The position numbers were made by a program, and so were the translations under genes. From an uncultured Acidobacteriota bacterium (GTDB lineage: Bacteria > Acidobacteriota > Polarisedimenticolia > J045), in assembly GCA_963702425.1 (NCBI GenBank), contig CAVPCQ010000011.1, positions 64,001 to 128,000 on the forward strand: a DNA stretch of 64,000 bases. The letters run 5' to 3'. Of this stretch, positions 1 through 12,482 are shown in pieces. Under the pieces are notes generated by a model. The model was given only the letters and a program-made list of their open reading frames with translations. It was not told the DNA's origin and searched no databases. The first letter of the stretch is position 1, and the number at the start of each line of letters is the position of its first letter.

Positions 1-716
1 CCCATCAGCTTGACGTTCCAGGCCACACCCGCCACGCCGACCGCGTTGTTGCCCCGGGCCGTGATCGTGCCCGAGACGTGGGTCCCGTGGCCGTTGTCGT
101 CGAACGGATCACCGTCGTTGTTGATGAAGTCGTAGCCGCGGATGTCGTCGACGTAACCGTTGGCGTCGTCGTCGATCCCGTTGCCGGGGATCTCGCCGGG
201 GTTCGTCCAGATGTTGAGCGCGAGGTCCGGGTGGTTGTAGTCGATGCCGGTGTCGATGATGCCGACCACGACGTCGGGGCTGCCGGTCGAAACGCCCCAG
301 GCCAGGTCCGCGTCGACGTCGGCGTCGGCCGTGCCGCCGGTCTGGCCGGTGTTGACCATGCCCCACAGCTCGGAAAGGCGCGGGTCGTCCGGGATCACGT
401 CGGCCGACAAGATGTAGTTCGGCTCGGCGTAGACGACGAGCGGGCTGGCCGACAGCCGCGCCAGCGCCTCCTGCACCGACACGCCTTGCGCGAGGCGCCA
501 GTGCTCGGCGCCGGAGAGGAAGGCGTGAACCGTCTCGGCTCCCAGTTCGCCCTGCAGGCGGACCCGCTCGGAAGCGGGCGCCCCGGGGAGCAACTTGAGG
601 AGCACTTCTCCATCGACGAAGGCGGGCCCGCTGCCCGTCCCGGTCGAGGACTCGGGCAACATCAGGCACAGGAAAGCGACCAGAAGGATGACCAGCAGTG
701 AAGACCGTCTCGCCAT
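1..716 (-). CDS. S8 (subtilisin-like) serine peptidase, secreted; runs off the window edge
   Basis: Own translation from ATG 716: signal peptide MARRSSLLVILLVAFLCLM, propeptide ending YAEPNY, catalytic Asp motif VGIIDTGIDYNHPDL, insert NGIDDDANGYVDD, His motif DNGHGTHVSG. Absent from the ORF track because it has no stop inside the window. Confidence 0.93.
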   Translation of the reverse strand, partial: MARRSSLLVILLVAFLCLMLPESSTGTGSGPAFVDGEVLLKLLPGAPASERVRLQGELGAETVHAFLSGAEHWRLAQGVSVQEALARLSASPLVVYAEPNYILSADVIPDDPRLSELWGMVNTGQTGGTADADVDADLAWGVSTGSPDVVVGIIDTGIDYNHPDLALNIWTNPGEIPGNGIDDDANGYVDDIRGYDFINNDGDPFDDNGHGTHVSGTITARGNNAVGVAGVAWNVKLM

Positions 717-931
717 GACCCCGCCTCTCGCCCGCGCCCGCGGCGCGCGGACGTACTGGCCCGCGGTCGAACCGCGGGCCGTGTTGGACCGAGTGCGACG
801 GGGCCCTTGCTGCTGCGGCGCGAGGGACCCCGCGGTCCTGACCCCAGCCTCCGGAGACGCCGGTGCGTCCAACCCACTGCGCCGCGGCGCGGCGCCCAGA
901 ACGACCCTCCCACAGGCCGATGAAGCGTCTT

Positions 932-961
932 CGTTTAGCCCCGCGGGAGGCGGGAAGTCAA
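932..961 (-). promoter_or_regulatory. candidate sigma70-type promoter for the S8 peptidase
   Basis: Minus strand TTGACT-18 nt-TAAACG in the intergenic region; the -10 is imperfect. Confidence 0.35.
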
Positions 962-1052
962 GGGCCTCGCGGCCGTTCGTCGCGCATCCTTCTTGATGCG
1001 AGATCGTTGCACCTTGACGAGATACCAACGAGCGCGGGCGATTCCGGACGGT

Positions 1053-1805
1053 TCAGATCGACTTCGCAAGGTGGCGGGCCCGCTCCATCCTCCGCTCGAT
1101 CGTTTCGACCCGTCGCGCGTAGCCCCGGCTTGCGCTCCCCGGATGCCAGGTCGAGGGCCTCGGCAGGCCGGCCGCCAGCAGCGCCGCCTCATGCGCCGTC
1201 AGATCCGCCGCGCTCTTGCCGAAATAGCGGCGCGCCGCGGCCTCCGCTCCGAAGACCCCTGGCCCGAACTCGACGACGTTCAGGTACAGCTCGAGGATCC
1301 GCTTCTTGGAGAGCGCGCGCTCGAGCTGCCAGGTGAGTGCCGCTTCCTTCGCCTTGCGCCAGGGGTTGCGGGAGGGCGACAGCCAGAGGTTCTTCGCCAG
1401 CTGCTGCGTGATCGTCGAGGCACCGCGCGGCAGCTCGTGCTCCTCGCGGGCTTCGGCCAGCGCCTTCTTCAGCTCCGCGATCTCGAACCCCTCGTGGTCG
1501 AAGAAGCCGATGTCCTCGCCGACCAGCGCCGCGCGCTTGAGATGGTCGGAGATGCGCGCGTAGGGGACGAAGCGGTACGCGACGTCATCGGGCCGGCCCG
1601 CGGCGCGCTGCCGGCGCCGGAACGCCTCCGTGAAGGCGGTGTCCTGCGGGTCGGCGGTCGCAAGCGCGGAGACGGCGGGCCAGGTCACGGCCTGCCACGC
1701 CGCAAACAGCGCGACGGCGAGCACCAGCCCGGTCAGGACGCGCCGCAGGAAACGGCCACGTCGGGTCCGCCGGCTGCTTCCCCGGGGCCGCGCGCCGGAC
1801 ATCAC
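1053..1805 (-). CDS. mtgA: monofunctional biosynthetic peptidoglycan transglycosylase
   Basis: N-terminal TM helix; GT51 motifs EDIGFFDHEGF, RGASTITQQLAKNL, RKAKE, KKRILELYLN. Confidence 0.92.
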   Translation of the reverse strand: MMSGARPRGSSRRTRRGRFLRRVLTGLVLAVALFAAWQAVTWPAVSALATADPQDTAFTEAFRRRQRAAGRPDDVAYRFVPYARISDHLKRAALVGEDIGFFDHEGFEIAELKKALAEAREEHELPRGASTITQQLAKNLWLSPSRNPWRKAKEAALTWQLERALSKKRILELYLNVVEFGPGVFGAEAAARRYFGKSAADLTAHEAALLAAGLPRPSTWHPGSASRGYARRVETIERRMERARHLAKSI

Positions 1806-1811
1806 GCCCGG

Positions 1812-2990
1812 TCAATGCGCCGCGTGCGCCCGCTCGAACGCCTTCGCGAAGCCGGGCATGCTGCGCACGATCGTGTCCTTGGGGACGGTGAAGGAGACCC
1901 GCATGTGGCCGGCGCAACCGAAACCGGAGCCCGGCACCGCGAGCACCCCCTCCTCGGCGAGCAGCTGGACGAAGGCCACGTCGTCGGCGATCGGTGTCTG
2001 CGGAAAGACGTAGAACGCCCCTTCCGGCTTGACGCAACGGTAGCCGATCCGCGTCAGCCCGTCGTACACGAGGTCGCGCTTCTCCTGGTACGGGGCGATC
2101 TCCACCGTCCGGTCACCGACCTCGGCGACGACCCACTGCCAGAGCGCGGGGGCGTTGACGAATCCCAGCACGCGTTGCGTGAAGCAGCAGGCCTCGAACA
2201 GCTCGGCGGCTTCAGGCAGGCGCGGCGAGAGGGCCAGGTAGCCGATCCGCTCGCCCGGCAGCGCCAGCGCCTTCGACCACGAGGTCCCGATCACCGCACG
2301 CGTCACCAGCGCCGGCACCTCCGGGGCCCGGATCCCGTCGTAGGTGAGCGCCTTGTAGGGCTCGTCCACCAGCACCACGATCGGTCGGGCGGCGCGCTGC
2401 AGCGCCGCCTCGAGTTCCTCGAAGATCTCCGCGCGATAGACGACGCCGCTCGGGTTGTTCGGCGAGTTGACGATGATCGCGCGGGTCCGCGGGGTGATCG
2501 CGGCAGTGATCGCGGCGACGTCGGGCTGGAAATCGTCGCGCGTCCGGGCGACGACCATCGCGCCGCCGTGGTTCTGCACGTAGAAGGTGTACTCGGCGAA
2601 ATACGGCGCGAGGACGATGACCTCGTCGCCCGGATCGAGCAGCGCCTTCAGGACGGTGTTGAGCGCGCCCCCGGCGCCGACGGTCATGATCACGTGGTTC
2701 GCGGTGTACGGGAGGCCGGTCGCCGCGGCGAGCCGGGCCGCGATCGCCGCCCGGACCTCCGGGAAGCCGGCGTTCGGCATGTAGGCGTGGCGGTGCGGCC
2801 GGGGGGAGGCGAGCTCCCGCTGCGCCGCCTCGATCACGATCCGGGGCGGTTCGACCTCGGGATTCCCGAGCGTGAAGTCGAAGACCCTGTCCTCACCCCG
2901 CTCGGCCTTGAGACGGGCCCCCTCCTCGAACATCCGGCGGATCCACGAGGCGTGGTGCAGGTTCTCGGAAACGCGGCGGCTGACGATCAT
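1812..2990 (-). CDS. PLP-dependent aminotransferase class I/II (aspartate aminotransferase-like)
   Basis: NSPNNPSG, DEPY, SWSKALALPGERIG (PLP Lys), GAFY. Start moved to ATG 2990, which has TATAGT 6 nt upstream. Confidence 0.9.
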   Translation of the reverse strand: MIVSRRVSENLHHASWIRRMFEEGARLKAERGEDRVFDFTLGNPEVEPPRIVIEAAQRELASPRPHRHAYMPNAGFPEVRAAIAARLAAATGLPYTANHVIMTVGAGGALNTVLKALLDPGDEVIVLAPYFAEYTFYVQNHGGAMVVARTRDDFQPDVAAITAAITPRTRAIIVNSPNNPSGVVYRAEIFEELEAALQRAARPIVVLVDEPYKALTYDGIRAPEVPALVTRAVIGTSWSKALALPGERIGYLALSPRLPEAAELFEACCFTQRVLGFVNAPALWQWVVAEVGDRTVEIAPYQEKRDLVYDGLTRIGYRCVKPEGAFYVFPQTPIADDVAFVQLLAEEGVLAVPGSGFGCAGHMRVSFTVPKDTIVRSMPGFAKAFERAHAAH

Positions 2991-3043
2991 GGGCGGACTA
3001 TACCGTCCCTCAAGTCCGGGCGGCACGGGCCGATAGGGGGGGC

Positions 3044-3781
3044 GTGACCGAGGCGCTCGCTTCGACGCTGACCGTCGACCGTCCGGGCTACAGCCTGTGG
3101 GCCCAGGTCATCGGCCTCGACGTGCCGGTGCTCCTGGTCCACCACGCGCTGGGGACCTTCGCCGGCTACAGCGACCCCCATCTCGGCAACGTGGCCGAGT
3201 GGATCGTCGCGCGCGGCTGCCGCGTCGTGGGCTACGACCTCGCCGGCCACGGCGCCTCCGGCGGCCGCGAGCACTTCCCGGACGCCTACCTCGAGCGTTC
3301 GGTCGCCGACGCGCAGGCCGTGCTCGATGCGGCAGCGATCCCGACGGCGGCCGTGGTCGGGATCGGGTTCGGCGGGCTGGTCGCGCTGAACCTCGCGGCC
3401 AGCGCGCCGCGCCGGGTGTCGTGTGTCCTGGTCGATTCGCTGCCCGGCATCCACGAGGCCATCGGCCCCGAGCCGTGGCCCGGCCTCAACGAGATGGGAC
3501 CGCGCGCCGGTGCGGGCTTCGGCGAGACCTACCGCGACTACCTGGCCGGCCTCGCACGGCAGCCGGGCTACCCCTTCCTCGCCGGCCGCCCGCACTGCCC
3601 CGGCCTGCTCGTCGCCCCCGGCGAGGCCGACGGGCCGGCTGCGATCGCGCTGCACGAAGCGGCGCGCCGGGCCCCCTCGATGGCGGTAGCGATGGTCCCC
3701 GGCTCTGCGCCTCCCGCCTGCTGGAGCGCGCCGCGGTGGTTCCTGCAGGAGGCGGAGCGGTTCCTGGCGGCCTACGCCTAG
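3044..3781 (+). CDS. alpha/beta-hydrolase fold protein, catalytic Ser and His apparently absent
   Basis: PVLLVHH and YDLAGHGAS motifs; nucleophile elbow reads GIGFGG instead of GxSxGG. Confidence 0.75.
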   Translation: MTEALASTLTVDRPGYSLWAQVIGLDVPVLLVHHALGTFAGYSDPHLGNVAEWIVARGCRVVGYDLAGHGASGGREHFPDAYLERSVADAQAVLDAAAIPTAAVVGIGFGGLVALNLAASAPRRVSCVLVDSLPGIHEAIGPEPWPGLNEMGPRAGAGFGETYRDYLAGLARQPGYPFLAGRPHCPGLLVAPGEADGPAAIALHEAARRAPSMAVAMVPGSAPPACWSAPRWFLQEAERFLAAYA

Positions 3782-4239
3782 GGACGGGCGAGCGGGGTCG
3801 CGCGCCCGGCGCAGTCGGGACAGACGCCTCCGACCTCCATCCGCAGGAACTTGACCTTGAAGCCGGTCTCCTGTTCGAGGCCGGCGCGCAGTTCCGCCAT
3901 CACGTGGCCGGACAACTCGAGCACCCGCCGGCAGGTCAGGCAGATGACGTGCGCGTGCTCGGTCTCGCGCCGGACCTCGTAGAAGTGGCGATCTCCCTCG
4001 AGATGCAGCAGGTCGAGTTCGTCGACGAGGCCGAGCCCCTTCAGCAGCCCGAGCGTGCGGTAGACGGTCGCGCGGTGGACCGACGGGTCGATCGCCTTGG
4101 CGCGCTCGGCGATCACCTCGACATCGAGGTGGTCGCCGGCCTCCTCGAGCACCCGGACGATGGCGCGGCGCGGGGAGGTCACGCGGATGCCCGCGTCGCG
4201 CATCCGATCGACCAGCCGGGAGGAGGGGGCGGCGCTCAC
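3778..4239 (-). CDS. Fur family transcriptional regulator
   Basis: RVTSPRRAI, HRATVYRTL, HAHVICLTC, GVCPDC. Start uncertain (GTG 4239 or ATG 4203). Confidence 0.9.
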   Translation of the reverse strand: MSAAPSSRLVDRMRDAGIRVTSPRRAIVRVLEEAGDHLDVEVIAERAKAIDPSVHRATVYRTLGLLKGLGLVDELDLLHLEGDRHFYEVRRETEHAHVICLTCRRVLELSGHVMAELRAGLEQETGFKVKFLRMEVGGVCPDCAGRATPLARP

Positions 4240-4322
4240 CGTTCCATCCTGCCACCGGGGGCCGGGTGACTTCAAGCTGCGACCGCTCCGCGGTAAGATC
4301 CGGATCCCTCCCCGGAGCGGCC

Positions 4323-6522
<2,200 letters not shown>

Positions 6523-6526
<4 letters not shown>

Positions 6527-7963
6527 GCCGCGCCGTCCCGGCCGCGCGCATCCGCGCGACGGACCTCTACGACCTCGCCGTCTGCCCGCACCGGATCGCG
6601 CTCGACCGGCGCCTGCCGCGCGACGCCCGCACCCCGCCGGGCGCGGCGACCGCGCAGTTGCTCGAGCACGGACTGGCGCTCGAGGCGGAGGTCGCGGCGG
6701 CGCTCGGCTACCCGCAGCCGGAGTACGCGCCGGGCGACTTCGTCGAGGGGGCACGACGCACCCGCGCGCTGCTCGAGGCGGGCGTGCCGGGCGTCTTCCA
6801 GGCGGTCCTCTTCGACGGCCGGCAGCTGGCGATCCCCGACCTGTTGCGGCGCGTCGAGGGGGCCTCCGCACTGGGCCCGTTTCACTACGAGCCGGGCGAC
6901 GTGAAGGCCGGGCTGGCGCCGCGCGCCGACCACGTGCTGCAGGTCGCCTACGGCGGGAGGCTGCTCGCCGCGCTCCAGGGGCTGCCCCCTTCGCACGGCT
7001 TCCTCGTGCTCGGCGACCGGCGCGAGGAGCGCTTCCCGCTCGGCGAGCTGCAGCACGTGCTGACCTCGGCGGTGGCGCAGGTCGAGGCGATCGTCGAGGG
7101 TGGCGGTGGTGCCGAAGGGGACGGAGAGACGTTCCCGTTCCTCGGCCCGGGCTGCGCCGGCTGCCGCTGGCGCGGTACCTGCATCCCGCAGCTCGTCGCC
7201 GGCGACGACCTCTCGCTGGTCGACGGGATGACGCGCACCCGGCACCGCGTCCTGCGGCGCCACGGCGTGGCGACGGTCCACGCACTGGCCGCGCTCGATC
7301 CCGCGGCGTGGCGCGCCGCGGGGCGGCCGCCGCTCGGTCTCGACCTGCTGACGCGGCAGGCCGCGGCGCTGGCCGACGGCCGGGTCAGCGCCGGCCCGCA
7401 CGCTCGACCTGCCGGCGCTGCCCGCGGGCGCGCTCCTGGTCCACCTCGAGTGCGACCCGCTGGCCGCCGACGAAGTCGTGCTGGCGGCCTGGGCGGAGTG
7501 CGACGCGCAGGGTGCGTCCGGCCCGGAAACGGTGCGCGTGCTGCTGACGGCCGCGGAACGGGGGGCGGCGGCGGGAGAACTGGCGGCGCTCCTCGAGCGC
7601 GCGCCGCGGCCCGTGCTGCACTTCGGCGGCGCAGTTGCGCGCGCGTTCGATGCGCTGGGTGAGACGGGGGGGATCGATCCGCTGCGGCAGGCGGCGCTGG
7701 CCGCGCATCTCGTCGACGTCGCCGCCGTGCTGCGGCGGGCCGCGTCGTTTCTTCCCGTCCGGCGCTACGAGCTGGAGCAGGTCGACGCCGCGCTCGCGGG
7801 CCAGCCGCTCCCTGGACCGGATGCCGCGGACGAGCCGGCCTTCCTCTACGCCGCGTTCCTGCGGGACGGCGTGCCCGGCCCGTGGCGGGATGCGCTCACC
7901 GAGCTGGGCGCGCGGCGCCTGGCGCGGCTCGCGCGCGTGGCGGCGTGGATGGTGCGGCGGTGA
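6523..7963 (+). CDS. TM0106-family RecB/Cas4-like nuclease with HhH and degenerate RNase H-like C-terminal domain (frameshift near 7400)
   Basis: IRATDL..CPH, PDLL...YEPGDVK (PD-D/ExK), LQVAY, CAGCRWRGTC, LSLVDGM..LRRHGVAT; ORF 7478-7963 supplies the C-terminus. GTGA overlap with the gmhA stop. Confidence 0.8.
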
Positions 7964-9784
7964 GCGCGCCGGCCGGACCGGCAGCCGCTGCCGACGCCGC
8001 GTGGCGCGACCGGTTGCTGCGCTCCGTGCTCCGCGAGCGGGCGGCGTCGCGCCGCGACCTCGACGAGTTGTACAGCCTGCCGGTCGCGGGCCGGGTCGAG
8101 GCCGGCTACGCGATCGACGGGTTGTCGTTCGCCGGGTGGGAACCGGGCTCGGGACGGCTGGCGCTCCGCGCGTCGAGCAACAGCTCCGGCTTCCGCCTCG
8201 CCGACCGGCTGCGGCTCGGCCGCGGCGACGACCCGTGGAACGCCCTGCCGGTCGAGTTCGTCGACTTCGACCCGTCCGAGGGACGGCTGACGCTGGCGGT
8301 CCCGTGGGGCAGCGACCGCGAGGCGCTCGACCGCCTCGTGCGGCGCGAGCCGGCGCTGGTCCTCGACCGCGGCGACGCCGACCTGACCGACGCGCTGCTG
8401 GGCGCGATCCATCGCACCTACGCCTCGCCCTCGCCGCGGGAGCGCGCGCTGCGCGACCTGCTCGCCGGTCGCCTGCAGCCGACTCCCGACCCCGCCGGCG
8501 AGGCCGCCGCACTCGACTCGCTGGAACGGCTCGCCGCGCGCGGCCTCGCGCTGCGCCCGGCACAGGCCGAGGCCTACGCCGCGGCCTGGGGCACACAGCC
8601 GTTCCAGCTCGTGCAGGGGCCGCCCGGTACCGGCAAGACCTGGCTCCTGGCGCTGCTCCTGGCCGCCTGGGCTTTCCGCGGCGAGCGCGTGCTGGTCACG
8701 GCCTTCACGCACCGCGCCGTCGACAACGTGCTGCAGCACGCGGCGGCGCTCGTGCGAAGCGCCGGAGGGGGCGTGCCGGTCGTTCGCGTCGGCGCGCGCG
8801 CCGACCAGCGCGAGGAGCTGGAGCTGCTCGGGATCGGGCTGGCCCGCGGTCCGGCGCAGCTCGCGTGGCCTGCCCCCGGCGCGCGACGGGGCCTGATCGC
8901 GGGCGCGACGCTCTTCGGCGCCGCGCGCTTCGAGGGGGCGCCGTTCGACCGCGTCGCGTTCGACGAGGCGGCGCAGGTCGCGGTGCCGCACGCGCTGCTC
9001 GGCCTCGCGGCCGGCCGCCGCTTCGCCTTCTTCGGTGACGACCGGCAGCTGGGCCCGGTCGTCGCCGGCGAGCCCGACCCGGCCCTGGCCCCGTCGATCT
9101 TCGCGCACCTGCGCGCGACGGCTCCGCCGGTCCTGCTCGACGAGACGTTCCGGATGAACGACGTCCTCGCGGCCTTCCCCTCGACGCAGTTCTACGGCGG
9201 CCGGCTGCGGCCGGCCGAGGAGGCGCGGGATCGCCGGCTCGCGCTGCCGTCGGTCGGCGACGCCGGCGCTCGAGGAGGTGCTCGGCCCGGAACCCCCGGC
9301 GGTGCTGGTGATCCTCGCGCACGAGGGCTACCAGCGGCACTGCCCGCCCGAGGTGCGCGCCGCGACGGATCTCGCGGAGGACCTGTTGCGCCGCGGTCTC
9401 CCGGCGCACGAGCTGGCGGTCGTCTCGCCCTTCCGCGTCCAGAACCGCGAGATCGAGCGCGAGCTGCGGCGGCGCCTGGCGCCGGGCGCCGCGCTGCCGG
9501 TGGTCGACACCGTCGAGCGAATCCAGGGGCAGGAGCGCGAGGCCGTCATCGTCTCGCTGGCCTGCTCCGACCCCGACGCGCTGCGCCGCGACGCGAGCTT
9601 CTTCTTCTCGGCCAACCGCTTGAACGTCACGCTGACGCGGGCCCGCACGAAGCTCGTGGTGATCGGCAGCCCGCGGATGCTCGCCACCTATCCGCGCACC
9701 CACGCGGGGCTGGCGCAGGTGGACCTGTTCCACCGGCTCTTCCAGGAGCTGCCACGCGTCGACTGGACCGCGCGCTACGCCTGA
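7960..9784 (+). CDS. Upf1/DNA2-like superfamily 1 helicase (frameshift near 9265)
   Basis: QGPPGTGKT, TAFTHRAVDN, DEAAQ, GDDRQL, FRMN, SPFRVQ, DTVERIQGQER, RLNVTLTRAR; GTGA overlap with the nuclease stop. Confidence 0.88.
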
Positions 9785-10872
9785 AAGTGCAACCCTCCCG
9801 GCATCCGCATCGGCACCGCCCGCGTCGCCGCCCGCATCTCGGCCATCAACCGGCGGACCTCCTCGACCTGGGCCGGTGAGGGACTCGACTGCATCGCCCG
9901 GTAGAGGTGCTGGTAGGCCTCCGACGGTTGGCCCAGCCCCTCGAGCAGCACGCGCGCGGCGCCGAGGTGCGCCGTCACCTTCGCCTCGCCTCGTGAAGAG
10001 AGGGTCAGCGCCCTCTGGTAGGCGGCGAGCGCCGCGCGCGGGTCGCCGGACGCGGCCAGCTCGTCGCCGACCGCCAGCGCGTCGACGGCGGTGGAGGTCG
10101 CCCGCACCTCCGCCCCCTTCCCCCCGCCCCACAGGCGGGCCCCGAGCGCGACGGCGAGCGCCAGGACGGCACCCGCGATGAACCCGCCGATATGCGCCCC
10201 ATACGCGACACCGGTCGAGCCGCCGCCGCCGAGCAGCGCCGGCACCAGGTTCTGACCGACGATGTAGAACAGCAGCACGGCCGGCGCCGGCAGCTCGAAC
10301 GGCCGCATGGCCAGCGGCGGCAGGAAGAGCAGCATCCGGACCCGGTTGTGCGGGAACCAGATCAGGTACATCCCGAGCACGCCCGAGATCGCGCCGGAAG
10401 CGCCGACGGCCGGGATGTTGCTTCCCGGGCGCAGCAGGATGTCGCCGAACCCCGCCGCGAAGCCGGTGGCCAGATAGGCCAGCAGGTACAGCACCGGTCC
10501 GAGCCGGAACTCGACGTTGTTGCCGTAGATCCAGAGGAAGAGCATGTTGCCGAACAGGTGCATCAGTCCGCCGTGCAGGAACATGCTGAGCAGCATGTCG
10601 ACCGCCGACGGCTGGGCCGGACGCAGCCCGTGCTCGAAGACGACCATGTCGTACTCGGACACCTGCTCGCCGAGCGCCTGGAGCTCGGCGGGCGGCAGCT
10701 GCGCCTCCCGGCTGACGGCCTCGATGTAGGCCCGGTAGTTGGGGTCGTTCGGGTCGGCCGGCCGCTGGCTCATCGGCCACGTGAAAAGGAAGACGGCGAC
10801 GTTGATCGCGATGAGCAGGACGTTCATCCACGCGAATCCCTTGGGATTCGGGCTATCGCCGATCGGGAACAT
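9775..10872 (-). CDS. rhomboid intramembrane serine protease with C-terminal TPR-like helices
   Basis: MFLHGGLMHLFGNM, GASGA, AHIGGF; helical A/L/Y-rich tail. Confidence 0.9.
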   Translation of the reverse strand: MFPIGDSPNPKGFAWMNVLLIAINVAVFLFTWPMSQRPADPNDPNYRAYIEAVSREAQLPPAELQALGEQVSEYDMVVFEHGLRPAQPSAVDMLLSMFLHGGLMHLFGNMLFLWIYGNNVEFRLGPVLYLLAYLATGFAAGFGDILLRPGSNIPAVGASGAISGVLGMYLIWFPHNRVRMLLFLPPLAMRPFELPAPAVLLFYIVGQNLVPALLGGGGSTGVAYGAHIGGFIAGAVLALAVALGARLWGGGKGAEVRATSTAVDALAVGDELAASGDPRAALAAYQRALTLSSRGEAKVTAHLGAARVLLEGLGQPSEAYQHLYRAMQSSPSPAQVEEVRRLMAEMRAATRAVPMRMPGGLHFQA

Positions 10873-11048
10873 GCGGACTCTCCCCAGCGCGATTCGTCGA
10901 GTCGCGGCGGTCGGGATGATAGCTCCGGAGCGGACCGCGGCGGGCCGCCCCCGGCAACCCGGCCGTTACCGTGCCGTAAGGGGCGCTCCCCGGCCTGCCA
11001 CGGGGGCCGGATGGCCGTATCCTCCCTCTCCTTCGCCGAGGGTCCGTC

Positions 11049-12455
11049 GTGCTGATCACCTCCCTCCCGTTCGCCGCACTGGTCGTGGGGGTCCTGGCGC
11101 TCTACTTCCTGCTCCCGCGCCGCGCGCAGCTCCTGCTGATGCTCGCCGCGTCGTTCGGGTTCTACGCCAGCTGGTCGTGGACCTTCCCGCTCGGCCTGCT
11201 CGCGCTCACGGGCATCAATTACGCGGTCGGGCGCCGCCTCTGGTCGTCGCCGAGCCGGACGTGGCTCTGGGCTGGGATCGCCCTCAACGTCCTCTCGCTC
11301 GCCGCACTCAAGTACTCCTCCGGCTTCGTGACGACGCTGCTGCACGCGACCGGCGCGCTCGGCCCGCACCAGATGCTCCAGCTGCTGCTGCCGATCGGCT
11401 TCTCGTACCGCGTCCTGGAGAACATCTCGTTCCTCGTCGACGCCTCGCGCCGGCAGTTCGACGGGTTCCCGCGGTTCCTCGACTTCGCGCTCTACCTGGC
11501 CTGGTTCCCCAAGCTGCTCTCCGGCCCGATCGAGCGCGGCAAGGCCTTCTTCACGCAGCTCGCGCGGCCGGTCGTCGTCGACAACGACGTGCTCGCCCGC
11601 TCGGTGACGCTGGTGGCGACCGGCCTGGCGCGCAAGCTGCTGCTGGCCGACACGCTGCGCGGGCTGATGCCCCCGACCCTCTTCACCGACCCACCGCCGC
11701 GCGGCGGGATCGGTCTCGTCTTCTGGCTGCTCGCCGACGTCTTCGTGATCTACAACGACTTCGCCGGCTACACGAACATCGCCCGCGGGGTGAGCCTGAC
11801 GTTCGGGATCGAGCTGCCGCGCAACTTCGCGCAGCCCTTCTTCTCCCGGAACTTCAGCGAGTTGTGGACGCGCTGGCACATCAGCCTGTCGATGTGGCTG
11901 CGCGACTACGTCTACATGCCGCTGAGCCGCGCCCTCCTGCGGCGCTCGGCGAGCGCCAATCCGCCGGCGGCCCTGATCCTCCCCCCGCTGGCGGCGATGC
12001 TGGTCAGCGCGCTGTGGCACCAGGTGGCCTGGCACACGCTGGCGTGGGGCCTGCTCTGGGGGATCTTCCTGTTCCTGGGACGGATCCCGACGCTCTGGCG
12101 GCCGGTCGTGCCGCCCGACCGGCAGCCGCGCTGGCGGCAGCTGGCCGGTACGGCCGGCGTGATCGCGATGCTGACCGGCTCGAACCTGCTCTTCGAGATG
12201 AACTTCCGGGTGGCCGGGGAGTTCCTGCGGGCGGCCACGACGGGGGCCCGCTGGCTGCCGGGCATGTTCCCCGCCACCCTGCTGATCCTCGCCTCGCTCG
12301 CGATCGACGGGGCCGAAGCGCGGTCGAGCGACGAGACGGCCTTCCGCCGGTGGCCGTTGTGGGCGCGCTCGGCGTTGCTCGCCGCGGTGCTGCTCGCGGT
12401 CTTCGCGATGACACGGCTCTCGGTACCCGAGCCGTTCATCTACCAGGGCTTCTAG
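11049..12455 (+). CDS. MBOAT family O-acyltransferase (AlgI/DltB-like)
   Basis: LPIGFSY, FPKLLSGPIER, DFAGY, NFAQP, WTRWHISLSMWLRDYVY, LWH catalytic His. Confidence 0.92.
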   Translation: MLITSLPFAALVVGVLALYFLLPRRAQLLLMLAASFGFYASWSWTFPLGLLALTGINYAVGRRLWSSPSRTWLWAGIALNVLSLAALKYSSGFVTTLLHATGALGPHQMLQLLLPIGFSYRVLENISFLVDASRRQFDGFPRFLDFALYLAWFPKLLSGPIERGKAFFTQLARPVVVDNDVLARSVTLVATGLARKLLLADTLRGLMPPTLFTDPPPRGGIGLVFWLLADVFVIYNDFAGYTNIARGVSLTFGIELPRNFAQPFFSRNFSELWTRWHISLSMWLRDYVYMPLSRALLRRSASANPPAALILPPLAAMLVSALWHQVAWHTLAWGLLWGIFLFLGRIPTLWRPVVPPDRQPRWRQLAGTAGVIAMLTGSNLLFEMNFRVAGEFLRAATTGARWLPGMFPATLLILASLAIDGAEARSSDETAFRRWPLWARSALLAAVLLAVFAMTRLSVPEPFIYQGF

Positions 12456-12482
12456 GAACGCCCCGCCGGCGGCGTCCGGAGG

